Positions 15,724-25,756 of a stretch of 29,258 nucleotides of DNA are shown in pieces (position 1 is the stretch's first letter; each line of letters begins with the position of its first letter). A model generated the notes under the pieces. It made no database searches. It was not told where the DNA came from and saw only the letters and a list, made by a program, of their open reading frames with translations. This DNA comes from Chlamydiota bacterium (GTDB taxonomy: Bacteria; Auribacterota; Tritonobacteria; UBA1439), in the NCBI GenBank assembly GCA_037133055.1, contig JBAXOY010000026.1, positions 1 to 29,258 on the forward strand, in the 5' to 3' direction. Position numbers and translations under genes: made by a program.

Positions 15724-16818
15724 ATGACCCGCATCGCGTTCTACATCAGCGGCCACGGACTCGGCCACGCAATGCGGATGAAGGAGCTCCTCATCCGCAT
15801 CCGCGAGCGGCACCCCGCCGCCGAGCTCTACGTCATGGGCTCGATGCCGGGCTGGGTATTCGAGGAGCCGCCCCCCGTCCGGGTCCGGCTCCGCCCGCTC
15901 CGCTGCGACGTCGGGGCGATCCAGCGCGACAGCCTCCACCTCGACGTCCGCCGCACGATCGAGGAGAACGCCGGCTTTTACCGGGGCATAGACGCCCTGG
16001 CGCGCGGCGAGGCCGGGTTTCTCCGCCGCGAGGGGATCGGCCTCGTCGTCGGCGACATCCCCCCCCTCGCGTTCCTTGCCGCGTCCGCGGCGGGCGCGCG
16101 GAGCGTCGCGGTCGGGAACTTCTCGTGGGACTGGATCTACGATTCGTACGCGGAGGAACACCCCTCCTCCCGTTATCTCGTGGACCTCGTCCGGGAGGCG
16201 TACGGCCATGCCGACCTCCTGCTCCGGCTCCCCTTTCACGGCGACATGGGCGCGTTCCGCCGGATCCGGGACATTCCCCTCATCGCCAGGACCGCGCGCC
16301 TTTCGCGGGCGGAGACGCGCCGCGCGCTCGGCATCTCCCCGGAAGAGACCCGGAAGGTCGTCTTTATCTCGATGGGGGGGCACTGCAGCGCTGAGATACG
16401 GGAGGGGGGGGATACTGATTTCGGCGACTATCTCTACGTTTCGTATTTCAGGCCGGGCGGGGCGATGAAACGGCTGGTGCTCCTCGGGGACCGGGCGGGG
16501 CTCTCGCACCCCGACATCGTGGCGGCGAGCGACTGCGTGATCAGCAAGCCCGGCTACTGCACGATCGCCGAGTGCATCGCGAACGGGACGCCGCTCGTCT
16601 ACACCCCGCGCGACAACTTCAGGGAATACCCCGTCATGGTGGCGGGAATCGAGACCTACTGCCTCTCGCGCCTCCTGCCGCGAAAGGATTTCCACGCGGG
16701 GGCCTGGGCGAAACACCTCGACGCCTTCTTCGCGGAAAAACGCACCGCGCCCCCGCCGCACATGCCGTCGAACGGGGCGGAGGTCGCGGCGAAGATCATA
16801 CTTCGGATGGCGCGATAA
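15724..16818 (+). CDS. GT-B fold glycosyltransferase-like protein (resembles the L-arabinokinase N-terminal domain)
   Basis: Motifs FYISGHGLGHAMR, VVGDIPPLAF, GNFSWDWIY, VISKPGYCTIAEC, RDNFRE, NGAEVAA. Confidence 0.75.
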   Translation: MTRIAFYISGHGLGHAMRMKELLIRIRERHPAAELYVMGSMPGWVFEEPPPVRVRLRPLRCDVGAIQRDSLHLDVRRTIEENAGFYRGIDALARGEAGFLRREGIGLVVGDIPPLAFLAASAAGARSVAVGNFSWDWIYDSYAEEHPSSRYLVDLVREAYGHADLLLRLPFHGDMGAFRRIRDIPLIARTARLSRAETRRALGISPEETRKVVFISMGGHCSAEIREGGDTDFGDYLYVSYFRPGGAMKRLVLLGDRAGLSHPDIVAASDCVISKPGYCTIAECIANGTPLVYTPRDNFREYPVMVAGIETYCLSRLLPRKDFHAGAWAKHLDAFFAEKRTAPPPHMPSNGAEVAAKIILRMAR

Positions 16819-16828
16819 GGAGAACGCG

Positions 16829-17086
16829 TTACCGGGTCCGCCGCGTGTTCTCCCACGTCCGGTTCAGCAGCTCCACGATCCGGCGATTGCCCTGGAGAAG
16901 CGAGTCGAGCTTCTGGTTGATCTGTCCGAGTTCCCGTCCAATGTCCTGCTGCGCGTACGCCTGCGCCTGCGAGGGGTAACCGGTCTGCGACTCCCCTCCC
17001 CGCGGATACGCCACGAGCAGGGCCGCCGCGAACCCCGTCGCCATCCCCATGCCGACGAGACCCGCGCGCGCGTGAATGCGTTTCAT
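16829..17086 (-). CDS. Small hypothetical membrane-anchored/secreted coiled-coil protein (85 aa)
   Basis: AAAGGAGG SD before ATG 17086; hydrophobic N-terminus; coiled-coil C-terminus; own promoter. Confidence 0.7.
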   Translation of the reverse strand: MKRIHARAGLVGMGMATGFAAALLVAYPRGGESQTGYPSQAQAYAQQDIGRELGQINQKLDSLLQGNRRIVELLNRTWENTRRTR

Positions 17087-17121
17087 GAAGCGCCTCCTTT
17101 CATGGCTCTCTCCCACCGCAT

Positions 17122-17150
17122 AGTATACCCGCCCCGGGGCCCGGTGTCAC
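17122..17150 (-). promoter_or_regulatory. Sigma70-type promoter for the 85-aa gene
   Basis: Minus strand GTGACA (17150-17145), 17-nt spacer, TATACT (17127-17122). Confidence 0.6.
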
Positions 17151-17225
17151 CAGGAGCCGTACGCACTAATTTTCGTGCAGGCCCGCGGCGCCTGCGCTAT
17201 ACTACCATCCGCCGGAGAGGCCGCT

Positions 17226-17945
17226 ATGCCCGATGCAGAGCATTGTGTCCGCCTCGAGGAGCGGCTGGGCTACCGATTCAAGGACCGCCTGCTCCTGCTC
17301 GAGGCGCTTTCCCATTCCTCGTACATGCACGAAAATCACGCCGAGGGCGCCTCGAGCAACGAGCGCATGGAGTTCCTCGGCGACTCCGTGCTGGGCCTCG
17401 TCATCACGCGGCGCCTGTACACGCGGTACCGCCGGCGCGCCGAGGGCGAACTCACCCTGATGCGATCGGTGCTGGTGAGCCGCGACACGCTCGCCGGCAT
17501 CGCGGCGGGGCTGGGGCTCGGCGAACACCTGTACCTCGGGAAGGGCGAGTCCGCGAGCGGGGGGCGCGAGAGGAAATCGAACCTCGCGAACGCCCTCGAG
17601 GCGGTGCTCGCGGCGGTTTACCTCGACGGCGGGTTCGACGCCGCGCGCGGCGTCACCACGGCGCTCTTCGCGGACGCCCTGGCGCGGATCGACGCGACGC
17701 GGGACAGCCTGAACTACAAGAACATGCTCCAGCAGTACGGCCAGGAGCGCGGGCAGGGGTCTCCCGACTACGTGCTGACGGCGAGCCGCGGCCCCCAGCA
17801 CCGGAAGACATTCGAGGTGGAGGTGCGGCTCGGAGGCGCGCCGCTGGGGCGCGGGGCGGGAGCGAACAAAAAAGAGGCCGAGCAGGAGGCCGCCAGGGCG
17901 GCGCTCGCCGCGGTCGGGGAGCGCGCACCCGGCGGGGCGGGTCGA
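17226..17945 (+). CDS. rnc: Ribonuclease III (no in-frame stop; end coordinate is inferred and the frame continues into ilvD)
   Basis: Motifs [37 protein letters not shown], ds[12 protein letters not shown]...GPQHRKTF...[18 protein letters not shown] before ATG 17226. Confidence 0.9.
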
Positions 17946-17964
17946 GGCCCGGGGGAGGATACCG

Positions 17965-18162
17965 ATGGTCGCGTTCACCGTGCTGTTTTTTCTGCTGCTC
18001 GTATCGGTGATGACCGCCGTGGCGATCATGGCGGCGCTGAAGGCGGTGGATTTCTTCGACGCGAGCCGGGCGTTTTACCGGCGCATGGACGAGATCCACT
18101 ACAGGCTCGAGGAGATCATCCGCCTGCTCGAGGCGGGGGGCGGGGAGAAACGGGGAAAATGA
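17965..18162 (+). CDS. Small hypothetical single-TM protein (65 aa)
   Basis: GGAGGA SD; hydrophobic helix then amphipathic helix; host-like codon usage; its stop overlaps an ilvD-frame ATG (ATGA 18159-18162). Confidence 0.7.
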   Translation: MVAFTVLFFLLLVSVMTAVAIMAALKAVDFFDASRAFYRRMDEIHYRLEEIIRLLEAGGGEKRGK

Positions 18163-19883
18163 AGGGGTCCGGGATGAAGAAACATGCCAGGAAACCGGCG
18201 CGCCGCCCCGCGGGCGACGCCGCGCCGCGGCTGCGGCACGAGGCGGTCACGAAGGGGATCGAGCGCATGCCCCACCGCGCGCTTCTCTTCGCCACCGGCC
18301 TCGGGAGGCGCGACCTCGAGAAGCCGTTCATCGGCGTCGCGACCTCGTGGAACGACCTCATCCCCGGGCACACGCACATGCGGAGCCTCGAACGCTTCAT
18401 CGAGCGGGGGATATGCGCCGCGGGCGGCGTCCCGTTCTTCTTCGGCATCCCGGGCATCTGCGACGGGATCGCGATGGGGCACGCGGGGATGCGCTACTCG
18501 CTCCCGCTGCGCGAGCTCATCGCCGACTCGCTGGAGTGCGTGGCGCGGGCGCACGCGCTCGACGGGCTCGTGCTCCTCACGAACTGCGACAAGATCACCC
18601 CGGGGATGCTCATGGCGCTCATGCGCCTCGACCTCCCGGGCATCGCGGTCACCGCGGGGCCGATGCTCGCGGGAGACTGGCGGGGCGGGAAGCTCTCGCT
18701 GGTCAAGGACACCTTCGAGGCGATCGGCCGTTTCAAGGCGGGCGAGATCGACGAGGAGGAGGTCAGGGAGCTCGAGATGCGGGCGTGCCCGGGGCCGGGC
18801 TCCTGCCAGGGGATGTACACGGCGAACACGATGGCCTGCCTGACGGAGGCGCTGGGGCTGTCGCTCCCCGGCTGCGCCACCGCCCCCGCCGTCATGGCGG
18901 AAAAGCTCCGCATCGCCCAGGAGAGCGGGGAGCGGGCCGTCGCGCTCGTGCGCGAGGGGCTCAGCGCCCGCATGATCGCGCGCCCGCCCGCCTTCTCGAA
19001 CGCCATCCGCGTCGACATGGCGCTCGGGGGATCGACGAACACCGTCCTGCACGTCCCCGCGATCGCGCACGAGGCGGGGATCGAGCTCCCGCTCGAACTA
19101 TTCGACCGGATATCGAAGACCACGCCGCATATCGCGAGCATGCAGCCGGGGGGAACCTGGTGCCTCGAGGACCTGCACCGCGCGGGGGGGATCCCGGCGG
19201 TCCTCTCCGTGCTCGCCCCGAAGATCGGGGAGAGCCCCACCGTGAGCGGCCGCGGGATACTCGAGATCGCCAGGGGGGGCGTGGTATACGACCGCGAAGT
19301 GATCAGGCCGCTCGACAGGGCCCACGGCCCCGAGGGCGGGATCGCGATCCTGACGGGGAACATCGCGCCGCTCGGGGCGGTCGTCAAGCAGACCGCGGTA
19401 AAACCCGCGCTCAGGCGCTTCAAGGGGCGCGCGGCGGTCTTCGACGGCGAGGAGGACGCGATGAGGGCCGTCATGGGCGGGAGGGTCAAACCCGGGACGG
19501 TCCTCGTGATTCGCTACGAGGGGCCGAAGGGCGGCCCCGGCATGCGGGAGATGCTGTCGCTCACCGCGGCGATCGTGGGGCTCGGACTCTCCGACGACGT
19601 CGCGCTCATCACCGACGGGAGGTTCTCGGGCGGCACCAAGGGCCCCTGCATCGGGCACATCTCGCCGGAGGCGATGGAGGGCGGGCCGATCGCGGTGCTG
19701 CGCGACGGGGACCGGATCGAGATCGACATACCGGGAAGGACCTTGAAGGCCGCCCTCGGCGAGCGGGAGCTCTCCGCCCGGCTGAAGGCATGGAAGGCCC
19801 CCGCCGCAAAGGTGAGCACGGGCTACCTCGCGCGGTACGCGAAGTCGGTCACCTCCGCGTCGACGGGAGCGATATGCACATAA
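18159..19883 (+). CDS. ilvD: Dihydroxy-acid dehydratase
   Basis: Motifs [58 protein letters not shown]. Start is 18159 or 18174. Confidence 0.95.
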   Translation: MKGSGMKKHARKPARRPAGDAAPRLRHEAVTKGIERMPHRALLFATGLGRRDLEKPFIGVATSWNDLIPGHTHMRSLERFIERGICAAGGVPFFFGIPGICDGIAMGHAGMRYSLPLRELIADSLECVARAHALDGLVLLTNCDKITPGMLMALMRLDLPGIAVTAGPMLAGDWRGGKLSLVKDTFEAIGRFKAGEIDEEEVRELEMRACPGPGSCQGMYTANTMACLTEALGLSLPGCATAPAVMAEKLRIAQESGERAVALVREGLSARMIARPPAFSNAIRVDMALGGSTNTVLHVPAIAHEAGIELPLELFDRISKTTPHIASMQPGGTWCLEDLHRAGGIPAVLSVLAPKIGESPTVSGRGILEIARGGVVYDREVIRPLDRAHGPEGGIAILTGNIAPLGAVVKQTAVKPALRRFKGRAAVFDGEEDAMRAVMGGRVKPGTVLVIRYEGPKGGPGMREMLSLTAAIVGLGLSDDVALITDGRFSGGTKGPCIGHISPEAMEGGPIAVLRDGDRIEIDIPGRTLKAALGERELSARLKAWKAPAAKVSTGYLARYAKSVTSASTGAICT

Positions 19884-19902
19884 CATCCGGGGGTATACAC
19901 GT

Positions 19903-21630
19903 ATGAAAGGCTGCGAGATCGTCGTCGACGCGCTGCTCAGGGAAAAGGTCGAGGTCCTCTTCGGGTACCCCGGCGGCTCGGTCATGGACATATTCGACGC
20001 CCTCTACGGGGCGCCGATCAAGTTCATCCTCACCCGCCACGAGCAGGCCGCCGCGCACGCCGCGGACGGCTACGCCCGCGCCACGGGCAAGGTCGGGGTC
20101 TGCCTCGCCACCTCCGGCCCCGGCGCCACCAACCTGGTGACGGGGATCGCCACCGCCGCCATGGACTCGGTCCCGCTCGTCGCGCTCACCGGCCAGGTCT
20201 CGACGCCGATGATCGGCAACGACGCGTTCCAGGAGGCGGACATCGTCGGGATCACGCGGCCGATCACCAAGCACAACTACCTGGTGGACAGCGTGGACGA
20301 CCTGCCGCGGATCCTCAAGGAGGCGTTCGTCATCGCGGCGACGGGCCGCCCGGGGCCGGTCCTCGTCGACCTCCCCAAGGACGTCCTGAAGGCGGAGAGC
20401 TCCGTTCCCTACCCCGCCGCGGTCGAGCTCCGCGGCTACAAGCCGACCTACGAGGGGCACCCGCAGCAGATCAAGCGCGCCGCGGAGGAGATCTCGAAGG
20501 CGAAGCGGCCGGTCATGTACGTCGGCGGCGGCGCCATCATCTCGGGGGCCGACAAGCAGGTCACCGCCCTCGCCGTCAAGGCGGGGATACCGGTCACCAC
20601 CACCCTCATGGGACTCGGCTCCTTCCCCGAGACCCACGGGCTCTCCCTCGGCATGCTCGGCATGCACGGGACCGTCTACGCGAACTACGCGATCGCCGAG
20701 GCGGACCTCATCATCGCCATCGGGGCCCGCTTCGACGACCGGGTCACCGGCAAGCCCTCGACGTTCGCGCCCCAGGCGCGGATCATCCACATCGACATCG
20801 ACCCGACCTCGGTCCATAAAAACGTGAAGGTCGACGTCCCGATCGTGGGCGACGTGAAACAGGTCCTGCGCGAGCTCGTCAAGATCGTCACGCGGTGCGA
20901 CGACGAGGCCTGGCTCGCGAAGGTCGAGGAGTGGAAAAGGAAGCACCCGCTCTCCTACAGCCGGAAGGACGGAAAGCTCAAGCCGCAGTTCGTCATCGAG
21001 AAGCTCCGGGAGCTGACCGGGGGGGACGCGATCATCGCGACCGACGTCGGGCAGCACCAGATGTGGGCGGGCCAGTACTGCAAGGTCGTCAAGCCGCGGA
21101 CGTTCCTCAGCTCGGGCGGCCTGGGGACGATGGGCTACGGCTTCCCCGCGGGGATCGGCGCGCAGGCGGCGTTCCCGAAGAAACTCGTCGTGGTCATCTC
21201 GGGCGACGGGAGCTTCCAGATGAACATCCAGGAGCTCACCACCGCCGTCAACTACGCCCTGCCGGTCAAGGTGCTCATCCTGAACAACCACTACCTGGGG
21301 ATGGTCCGACAGTGGCAGCAGCTCTTCTACCGGAAGCGCTACTCGTCCACCTGCCTCGCGCGGAACATCACGTGCCCGGCGATCTGCGACGGCTCCGGGG
21401 CGAAGTGTCCGCCCTACGTCCCGGACTTCGTCAAGGTCGCCGAGGCGTACGGGGCCGTCGGGATACGCGTGAAGACCGAGCGGGAGGTCGTCCCGGCCCT
21501 CCGCGACGCATTCAGGACAATGAAGCCGGTGGTCGTCGACTTCGAGGTCGCCCACGAGGAGAACGTCTTCCCGATGGTCCCCGCGGGGACTTCGGTGAAG
21601 GAGATGATCGAGGGCGTCGAACTTGTGTAG
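19903..21630 (+). CDS. ilvB: Acetolactate synthase large subunit
   Basis: Motifs [34 protein letters not shown], ThDP motif GDGSFQMN...NN. Confidence 0.96.
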   Translation: MKGCEIVVDALLREKVEVLFGYPGGSVMDIFDALYGAPIKFILTRHEQAAAHAADGYARATGKVGVCLATSGPGATNLVTGIATAAMDSVPLVALTGQVSTPMIGNDAFQEADIVGITRPITKHNYLVDSVDDLPRILKEAFVIAATGRPGPVLVDLPKDVLKAESSVPYPAAVELRGYKPTYEGHPQQIKRAAEEISKAKRPVMYVGGGAIISGADKQVTALAVKAGIPVTTTLMGLGSFPETHGLSLGMLGMHGTVYANYAIAEADLIIAIGARFDDRVTGKPSTFAPQARIIHIDIDPTSVHKNVKVDVPIVGDVKQVLRELVKIVTRCDDEAWLAKVEEWKRKHPLSYSRKDGKLKPQFVIEKLRELTGGDAIIATDVGQHQMWAGQYCKVVKPRTFLSSGGLGTMGYGFPAGIGAQAAFPKKLVVVISGDGSFQMNIQELTTAVNYALPVKVLILNNHYLGMVRQWQQLFYRKRYSSTCLARNITCPAICDGSGAKCPPYVPDFVKVAEAYGAVGIRVKTEREVVPALRDAFRTMKPVVVDFEVAHEENVFPMVPAGTSVKEMIEGVELV

Positions 21631-21687
21631 TTGTGTCCGCGCGTGTGCTACACTGTCCCGATATCGCGGCCGGGGGAGGGTGACGGC

Positions 21688-22161
21688 ATGAAACACACGA
21701 TCAGCGTGCTGGTGGAGAACAGGTTCGGCGTGCTCGCCCGGGTCGCCGGGCTCTTCAGCGGACGCGGGTACAATATCGACAGCCTCTCCGTTGCCGAGAC
21801 GATGGACCCGACCGTCTCCCGCATGACCATCGTCGCCCACGGCGATACCCGCGTCATCGAGCAGATCACCAAGCAGCTCAACAAGCTCGTCAACGTCATC
21901 AAGGTGCAGGAGTACGCCGCGGGGGACTCGCTGGAGCGGGAGCTCGTGCTGGTCAAGGTGCACACCACCGCCCAGGCGCGCCCGGAGGTGATGCAGATCG
22001 TCACCATCTTCCGCGGGAAGATCGTGGACGTCGGACACACGTTCGTGACGGTGGAGCTCACCGGCACCGAGGACAAGGTCGAGGCGCTGCTCGACCTCCT
22101 GAAGCCGTTCGGCATCAAGGAGCTCGTCAGGACCGGAAGGATCGCCATCGCGCGGAAGTGA
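21688..22161 (+). CDS. ilvN: Acetolactate synthase regulatory subunit
   Basis: ACT domain HTISVLVENRFGVLARVAGLFSGRGYNIDSL; ERELVLVKV; ELVRTG. Confidence 0.95.
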   Translation: MKHTISVLVENRFGVLARVAGLFSGRGYNIDSLSVAETMDPTVSRMTIVAHGDTRVIEQITKQLNKLVNVIKVQEYAAGDSLERELVLVKVHTTAQARPEVMQIVTIFRGKIVDVGHTFVTVELTGTEDKVEALLDLLKPFGIKELVRTGRIAIARK

Positions 22162-22165
22162 GTCG

Positions 22166-22217
22166 GCCGTAAGCCGTACGCTATACGCTTACCGCTTAGG
22201 GCTTACAGCGTAGAGCC
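22166..22217. repeat. Degenerate heptamer tandem repeat (7 units) between ilvN and ilvC
   Basis: gccgtaa gccgtac gctatac gcttacc gcttagg gcttaca gcgtaga. 22169-22181 pairs with 22194-22206 at 11/13. Confidence 0.75.
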
Positions 22218-22231
22218 AAAAGGAGGTTTCA

Positions 22232-23227
22232 ATGACCACGATGTACTACGACAAGGACGCGGACCTCCGCGTTCTCGGGGGGAAAACGATCGCCATCCTC
22301 GGCTACGGCAGCCAGGGGCACGCCCAGGCGCAGAACCTGCGCGACAGCGGCGTCAAGGTGATCGTGAGCGAGCTCGAGGGGACCCCGAATTACGCCAATG
22401 CGGTGAAGGACGGCTTCAAGCCCGTGAGCGCCGCCGAGGCGGCCAAGAAGGCCGACATCATCCACTTCCTCCTGCCCGACGAGGTGCAGGCGAAGGTCTA
22501 CCACGAGGATGTCCGTCCCGCCCTGAAGAAGGGGATGGCCCTCGCCTTCTCCCACGGCTTCAACATCCACTACGGCCGCATCGTCCCGCCGAGGGACGTG
22601 GACGTGTACATGGTCGCCCCGAAGGGCCCCGGCCACCTCGTCCGCCGCGTCTTCACCGAGGGGAAGGGCGTGCCGTGCCTTATCGCCGTGCACCAGGACG
22701 CCACGAAAAAGGCGAAGAAACTCGCCCTCGCCCACGCGCGCGGGATCGGGGGCACCCGCGCCGGCGTCATCGAGACGACCTTCGCGGAGGAGACGGAGAC
22801 CGACCTGTTCGGCGAGCAGTGCGTCCTCTGCGGAGGCCTCACCGAGCTCGTCCGCGCCGGCTTCGACACGCTCGTGGAGGCGGGCTACCAGCCCGAGATC
22901 GCCTACTTCGAGTGCCTCCATGAGATGAAGCTGATCGTGGACCTGATGTACGAGAACGGCATCCAGAACATGCGCTACTCGATCAGCGACACCGCCGAGT
23001 ACGGCGACGTCACGCGGGGGCCGAGGATCATCACCGCAGAGACGCGCCTCGAGATGAAGCGCATCCTCAAGGAGATACAGAGCGGCGAGTTCGCGCGCGA
23101 GTGGATCCTCGAGAATATGGCGGGCCGCCCCGTGTACAAGGCGCTCGTCCGCCAGGGCAAGGAGCACCTGATCGAGAAGGTCGGCGCGAAGCTGCGCGGC
23201 ATGATGTCGTGGATAGGGAAGAAGTGA
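22232..23227 (+). CDS. ilvC: Ketol-acid reductoisomerase
   Basis: Motifs [51 protein letters not shown]. Confidence 0.97.
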   Translation: MTTMYYDKDADLRVLGGKTIAILGYGSQGHAQAQNLRDSGVKVIVSELEGTPNYANAVKDGFKPVSAAEAAKKADIIHFLLPDEVQAKVYHEDVRPALKKGMALAFSHGFNIHYGRIVPPRDVDVYMVAPKGPGHLVRRVFTEGKGVPCLIAVHQDATKKAKKLALAHARGIGGTRAGVIETTFAEETETDLFGEQCVLCGGLTELVRAGFDTLVEAGYQPEIAYFECLHEMKLIVDLMYENGIQNMRYSISDTAEYGDVTRGPRIITAETRLEMKRILKEIQSGEFAREWILENMAGRPVYKALVRQGKEHLIEKVGAKLRGMMSWIGKK

Positions 23228-23232
23228 TGCTG

Positions 23233-23262
23233 AAATCCCAAATCCCAAATCCCAAATCCCAA
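23233..23262. repeat. Perfect heptamer tandem repeat (AAATCCC)x4 between ilvC and leuA
   Basis: Four exact copies at 23233-23260. Confidence 0.95.
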
Positions 23263-23276
23263 TAATGGCGGGAACC

Positions 23277-24818
23277 ATGACCGACCGTCTGATCGTCTTC
23301 GACACGACGCTGCGCGACGGCGAGCAGTCTCCCGGCGCGAGCATGAACGAGCGCGAGAAGGTCGAGGTGGCGCTCCAGCTCGCGCGGCTGCGCGTCGACG
23401 TCATCGAGGCCGGGTTCCCGATCGCCTCTCCCGGCGATTTCTCCGCCGTGCGGAAGATCGCCTCCTCGGTGAAGGGGCCGATCATCGCCGGCCTCGCCCG
23501 CGCGCTGCCCAAGGACATCGAGGCGGCGGCGCGCGCCCTCGAGAAGGCCGCGCGGCCCCGGATACACGTCTTCCTCGCCACCTCCGAGATCCACCGCCGC
23601 TACAAGCTGAAAAAGGCGAAGGGAGAGATCCTGAAGCTGGCCGTGAGCGCCGTGCGGCTCGCCGGGAAGCACGTGGGCGACGTCGAGTTCTCCCCCGAGG
23701 ACGCCTCGCGGACCGAGCCGGACTTCCTGGCGGAGGTCGTCGAGGCGGTCATCGAGGCGGGGGCGGGCACGGTCAACATCCCCGACACAGTCGGCTACGC
23801 GATGCCGGAGGAGTTCGGCGGCCTGATCCGCTACCTGAGGGGGCACGTCCGCTCGATCGGCAGCGCGGTGATAAGCGTCCACTGCCACAACGACCTCGGG
23901 CTCGGGGTCGCGAACTCCCTGAGCGCCATCGCGAACGGCGCCCGGCAGGTCGAGTGCACCGTGAACGGCATCGGCGAGCGCGCCGGGAACGCCTCGCTCG
24001 AGGAGATCGTCATGGCGGTCAGGACCCGCCCCGGCATCTACCGGGTCGACACGGGGATCAACACCCGACAGATATGGAAGACGAGCCGCCTCGTGAGCCG
24101 CCTCACCGGGATACCGGTGCAGCCCAACAAGGCGATCGTCGGCGACAACGCGTTCGCGCACGAGTCGGGGATCCACCAGGACGGCATGCTCAAGCAGCGC
24201 CGGACCTACGAGATCATGACCCCCGAATCGGTCGGCTGGCGGGGCACCTCGATGGTGATGGGCAAGCACTCCGGGAGCCACGCCTTCCGTGAGCGGCTGA
24301 AGCAGCTCGGCCACACGCTCGCGCCGCGCGAGCTCGAGCGGGCCTTCCGCGGGTTCAAGGAGCTCGCCGACAAGAAGAAGCTCGTCTTCGACGACGACCT
24401 CGTCGCCCTCATCGAGGACCAGATCTCCGCGATCCCCGAGGAGTTCCGGCTGGACTACATCAGCATCTCGAGCGGAAACCGCACCCTGCCGACCGCGACC
24501 ATCAGGCTCCGGCACGGGGAGAAGCTCCTCCAGGACGCCGCGTGCGGGGACGGCCCCGTGGACGCGGCGCTGCAGACCATCAGGCGCATCACGGGGATCG
24601 AGGGGAGGCTCGCCGACTACTCCCTGCGCGCCGTCACCGGCGGCACCGACGCGCTCGGCGAGGTCACCGTCAAGGTCTCGCACGGCCCCTACACCGAGCT
24701 CGGCCGCGGGACCAGCACCGATGTCATCGAGGCGAGCGCCAAGGCATACCTGAACGCGCTGAACCGGATCCTCTGGCGGCGCCGCCAGAAGAAGCGGACC
24801 GCGGCGCCCCGGTTCTGA
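23277..24818 (+). CDS. leuA: 2-isopropylmalate synthase
   Basis: Motifs FDTTLRDGEQSPG, HCHNDLG, NGIGERAGN, HESGIHQDG, GKHSG, and C-terminal regulatory domain GDGPVDA. Confidence 0.96.
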   Translation: MTDRLIVFDTTLRDGEQSPGASMNEREKVEVALQLARLRVDVIEAGFPIASPGDFSAVRKIASSVKGPIIAGLARALPKDIEAAARALEKAARPRIHVFLATSEIHRRYKLKKAKGEILKLAVSAVRLAGKHVGDVEFSPEDASRTEPDFLAEVVEAVIEAGAGTVNIPDTVGYAMPEEFGGLIRYLRGHVRSIGSAVISVHCHNDLGLGVANSLSAIANGARQVECTVNGIGERAGNASLEEIVMAVRTRPGIYRVDTGINTRQIWKTSRLVSRLTGIPVQPNKAIVGDNAFAHESGIHQDGMLKQRRTYEIMTPESVGWRGTSMVMGKHSGSHAFRERLKQLGHTLAPRELERAFRGFKELADKKKLVFDDDLVALIEDQISAIPEEFRLDYISISSGNRTLPTATIRLRHGEKLLQDAACGDGPVDAALQTIRRITGIEGRLADYSLRAVTGGTDALGEVTVKVSHGPYTELGRGTSTDVIEASAKAYLNALNRILWRRRQKKRTAAPRF

Positions 24819-24848
24819 TCGCTCGACAGCTCGACAGCTCGATCGCTC
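24817..24848. repeat. Octamer tandem repeat between leuA and pilD
   Basis: gatcgctc gacagctc gacagctc gatcgctc fills the whole spacer. Confidence 0.85.
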
Positions 24849-24850
24849 CT

Positions 24851-25705
24851 ATGCTCTCTCTCTTTGTCTTCGCCCTCGGCGCCATCGTCGGGAGTTTTCT
24901 GAACGTCTGCATCCACCGGCTCCCGCGCGAGGAGTCGATCGTCTTCCCCCCGTCGCACTGCCCCCGCTGCCGCGCGCCGGTCAAGCCCTACGACAACGTG
25001 CCGATCCTCTCCTGGCTCGTTCTCCGCGGGCGCTGCCGGTCCTGCGGCGCCCCCATCTCCCCGCGCTACCTCGCCGTCGAGCTCCTCACGGCGCTCGTGT
25101 TCCTCGGCATCTTCTTCTCGTGCGCCCACGCCCTCGGCATGCTCGTCGTCGCACTCATCTTGGCCTCGAGCCTGATCGTGGTCGTTTTTGTCGACCTCGA
25201 GCACCAGATCATCCCCGACGAGATCAGCCTCGGCGGAATCGCGTTCGGCATCGCGGCGAGCCTCGCGTACCCCGCGCTTCACGCCTCCTCCGTCGAAACG
25301 CCGTTCCTCGGCGACGCCGTCCGAGCCGCGGCGGCGCGGCTGCCCTTCATCCCGGCCGCGTCGGCCCGGTCCCTCGTCAGCGCGGCCCTCGGCATCGCGG
25401 TCGGGGGGGGGCTCTTCTGGCTCATCCGCGCCGTGAGCGGGAAAATCTACGGTGAGGAGGCGATGGGCTTCGGCGACGTCAAGCTGATGGCCTTTTTCGG
25501 GGCGATCCTCGGCCCTGTCCTCGTGCTGCTGACGACCTTTTTCGCCTCGCTCATCGGCTCCGTCACGGGCCTCCTGCTCATCGGCATGAAACGAGCCGAC
25601 CTCAAGTCGAAGCTCCCGTTCGGGCCCTTTCTCTGCATCGGCGCATTCATCGCGTTCCTCTGGGGGGAGCGCTGCATCGCCTGGTACCTCGACCTCCTGC
25701 GGTGA
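24851..25705 (+). CDS. pilD: Type IV prepilin peptidase / N-methyltransferase (A24A)
   Basis: Motifs GSFLNVCIHRLP, SHCPRC...GRCRSC, VDLEHQIIPD, MGFGDVKL, LPFGPFL. Confidence 0.93.
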   Translation: MLSLFVFALGAIVGSFLNVCIHRLPREESIVFPPSHCPRCRAPVKPYDNVPILSWLVLRGRCRSCGAPISPRYLAVELLTALVFLGIFFSCAHALGMLVVALILASSLIVVVFVDLEHQIIPDEISLGGIAFGIAASLAYPALHASSVETPFLGDAVRAAAARLPFIPAASARSLVSAALGIAVGGGLFWLIRAVSGKIYGEEAMGFGDVKLMAFFGAILGPVLVLLTTFFASLIGSVTGLLLIGMKRADLKSKLPFGPFLCIGAFIAFLWGERCIAWYLDLLR

Positions 25706-25727
25706 GTCGCCCGTGGGCCCGTAGGCC

Positions 25728-25756
25728 TTGACTTTACTGCCCGGCCGTGCTATTTA
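25728..25756 (+). promoter_or_regulatory. Possible sigma70-type promoter for the large secreted protein
   Basis: TTGACT (25728-25733), 17-nt spacer, TG-n-TATTTA (25751-25756); the -10 is imperfect. Confidence 0.4.

Noticed and set aside
17580..17610. RNase III 'LANALEA' with Asn at a usually Asp metal-ligand position
   Set aside because: As far as I recall this substitution occurs in other bacterial RNase III proteins, and the key catalytic residues are intact.
23233..23262. Tandem repeats as a CRISPR array
   Set aside because: Units are 6-9 bp with no unique spacers and there are no cas genes.
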